64,000 nucleotides of DNA from Eledone cirrhosa (taxonomy: Eukaryota), in the NCBI GenBank assembly GCA_964016885.1, contig OZ024742.1:378572001-378636000 (forward strand). The letters are read 5' to 3'. The notes beneath the pieces are model-generated. The model was not told where the DNA came from. It saw nothing but the letters and a program-made list of their open reading frames with translations, and ran no database searches. The translations under genes were made by a program, and so were the position numbers. Positions 62,051-64,000 of the stretch are shown here, one piece after another (positions within the stretch are counted from its first letter, which is position 1; each line of letters begins with the position of its first letter).

Positions 62051-64000
62051 TTGTAGCTCTATTGTAGCATCGAGCAGTCTATTGTATTAATGTTGTGGTC
62101 AGTTGTATTCTATTGTAGCGCTGAGCAGTCTATTGTACTAATGTTGTGGTCATTTGTAGTCTATTGAAGCACTGATCAGTCTATTGTATTAATGTTGTGG
62201 TCATTTGTAGCTCTATTGTAGCACTGAGCAGTCTATTGTATTAATGTTGTGGTCAGTTGTATTCTATTATAGCACTGAGCAGACTATTGTATTAATGTTG
62301 TGGTCAATTGTAGTCTATTGTAGCACTGAGCAGTCTATTGTATTAGTGTTGTGGTCATTTGTAGCTCTATAGTAGCACTGAGCAGTCTATTGTATTAATG
62401 TTGTGGTCAGTTGTAGTCTATTGTAGCACTGAGCAGTCTATTGTATTAATGTTGTGGTCATTTGTAGTCTATTGTAGCACTGAGCAGACTATTGTATTAA
62501 TGTTGTGGTCATTTGTAGTCTATTGTAGCACTGAGCAGTCTAATTTATTAATCTTGTGGTCATTTGTAGCTCTATTGTAGCACTGAGCATTGTATTGTAT
62601 TAATGTTGTGGTCATTTGTAGTCTATTGTAGCACTGAGCAGTCTATTGTATTAATGTCGTGGTCATTTGAAGTCTATTGTAGCACTGAGCAGTCTATTGT
62701 ATTAATGTTGTGGTCATTTGTAGCTCTATTGTAGCACTGAGCAGTCTATTGTATTAATGTTGTGGTCATTTGTAGTCTATTGTAGCACTGAGCAGTCTAT
62801 TGTATTAATGTTGTGGTCATTTGTAGGTCTATTGTAGCACTGAGCAGTCTATTGTATTAATATTGTGGTCATTGGTAGTCTATTGTAGCACTGAGCAGTC
62901 TATTGTATTAATGTTGTGGTCATTTGTAGGTCTATTGTAGCACTGAGCAGTCTATTGTATTAATATTGTGGTCATTTGTAGTCTATTGTAGCACTGAATA
63001 GTCTATTGTATTAATTTTGTGGTCATTTGTTGTCTATTGTAGCACTGAGCAGTCTATTGTATTAATGTTGTGGTCATTTGTAGTCTAATGTAGCACTGAG
63101 CAGTCTATTGTATTAATGCTGTGGACGTTTGTAGTCTATTGTAGCACTGAGCAGTCTATTGTATTAATATTGTGGTCATTTGTAGTCTATTGTATCACTG
63201 AGCAGTCTATTGTATTAATGTTGTGGTCATTTGTAGTCTATTGTAGCACTGAGCAGTCTATTGTTTTAATGTTGTGGTCATTCGTAGATCTATTGTAGCA
63301 TTGAGCAGTCTATTGTATTAATGTTGTGGTCATTTGTAGCTCTATTGTAGCATTGAGCAGTCTATTGTATTAATGTTGTGGTCAGTTGTATTCTATTGTA
63401 GCACTGAGCAGACTATTGTATTAATGCTGTGGTCATTTGTAGCTCTATTGTAGCACTGAGCAGTCTATTGTATTAAAGTTGTGGTCATTTGTAGCTCTAT
63501 TGTAGCACTGATTAGTCTATTGTATTAATGTTGTGGTCAGTTGTATTCTATTGTAGCACTGAGCAGACTATTGTATTAATGTTGTGGTCAATTGTAGTCT
63601 ATTGTAGCACTGAGCAGTCTATTGTATTAGTGTTGTGGTCATTTGTAGCTCTATAGTAGCACTGAGCAGTCTATTGTATTAATGTTGTGGTCATTTTTTG
63701 TCTATTGTAGCACTGAGCAGTCTATTGTATTAATGTTGTGGTCATTTGTAGCTCTATTGTAGCACTGAGCAGTCTATTGTATTAATGTTGTGGTCATTTG
63801 TAGTCTATTGTAGCACTGAGCAGTCTATTGTATTAATGTTGTGGTCATTTGTAGTCCATCGTAGCACTGAGCAGTCTATTGTATTAATGTTATGGTCATT
63901 TGTAGTCTATTGTAGCACTGAGCAGTCTATTGTATTAATGTTGTGGTCATTTGTAGTCTATTGTAGCACTGAGCAGTTTATTGTATTAATGTTGTGGTCA

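Larger units (their letters stand above)
1..64000. repeat. Tandem satellite/minisatellite array of 51/52-bp monomers, ~1,240-1,250 copies, single orientation, extends beyond both window ends
   Basis: Every line is a head-to-tail copy of ATGTTGTGGTCATTTGTAG(C)TCTATTGTAGCACTGAGCAGTCTATTGTATTA. A clean 51-mer lies at 55-105 and a clean 52-mer at 260-311. Most monomers differ from consensus by 0-3 substitutions. Copy number is estimated as 64000/~51.4. No non-repeat sequence was seen. Confidence 0.99.

Noticed and set aside
1136-63298. Dozens of + strand ORFs of 60-162 aa made of the repeat MLWSFVVYCSTEQSIVL
   Set aside because: They follow automatically from a 51-bp unit with one stop-free frame. 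Roughly 40% of monomers are frameshifting 52-mers, and recurrent variants put stops in this frame (TGG>TGA/TAG, TCA>TAA, TGT>TGA, CAG>TAG), so there is no sign of coding constraint. All three minus-strand frames of the consensus contain stops.
1-64000. CRISPR-like array (AGTCTATTGTA direct repeats with intervening segments)
   Set aside because: The intervening segments are invariant rather than unique spacers, the repeat is only 11 bp, and no leader or cas genes are present.
1-64000. Diversity-generating, antigenic-variation or programmed-frameshift cassette system
   Set aside because: There is no expression site, recombinase, reverse transcriptase or unique flank. Variants are inherited in blocks by duplication and show no adenine-specific or codon-position bias that I can see.
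1-64000. Rolling-circle/MDA concatemer or sequencing-error artefact
   Set aside because: Variants recur in long ordered haplotype strings with nested duplications and private SNPs, which random error or a single circular template would not produce. Local mis-assembly of individual blocks cannot be excluded without reads.
1-64000. Tandem tRNA, 5S, snRNA or spliced-leader gene array
   Set aside because: The unit is only 51-52 bp, with no cloverleaf, no recognisable Pol III A/B boxes and no spacer/gene alternation.
1-64000. Transposon insertions (the array is rich in TTAA and TA target sites) or inversions
   Set aside because: No foreign sequence, terminal inverted repeats, target-site duplications or reverse-complement monomers were seen while reading the window.
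1-64000. Strict regular higher-order repeat as in primate alpha satellite
   Set aside because: Spacings of the landmark monomer are irregular (1027, 2105, 1183, 1490, 1439, 1337, 2622, 2262, 3851, 1955 bp and others). The structure is nested duplication, not a fixed-period HOR.

Overview
The whole 64-kb window is one uninterrupted head-to-tail tandem array (satellite/minisatellite DNA) that runs off both ends. It holds about 1,240-1,250 monomers of a 51-bp consensus ATGTTGTGGTCATTTGTAGTCTATTGTAGCACTGAGCAGTCTATTGTATTA (e.g. 55-105), interspersed with a frequent 52-bp form carrying an extra C (GTAGCTCTAT, e.g. 260-311). The consensus is about 35% GC, has no CpG and is strongly T/G-rich on the + strand. 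I see no genes, RNA genes, transposons, inversions or CRISPR spacers. The listed ORFs are by-products of a 51-bp (17-codon) unit with one stop-free frame. The informative structure is hierarchical. The monomer is built from five ~10-bp subunits. Short 103-bp and 204-bp local higher-order units occur. Near-identical tandem duplications of 2.06-3.3 kb and dispersed duplications at ~8.6-9.0 kb and ~12.3-12.6 kb offsets can be traced through shared variants, and variant families turn over from left to right. Several recurrent variants perfect local palindromes or hairpins, suggesting template-switch mutagenesis. I do not recognise the satellite family or the organism; a eukaryotic heterochromatic, centromeric or subtelomeric origin is an inference. 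All offsets and counts were read by eye from the sequence and the ORF track, and block boundaries are approximate.
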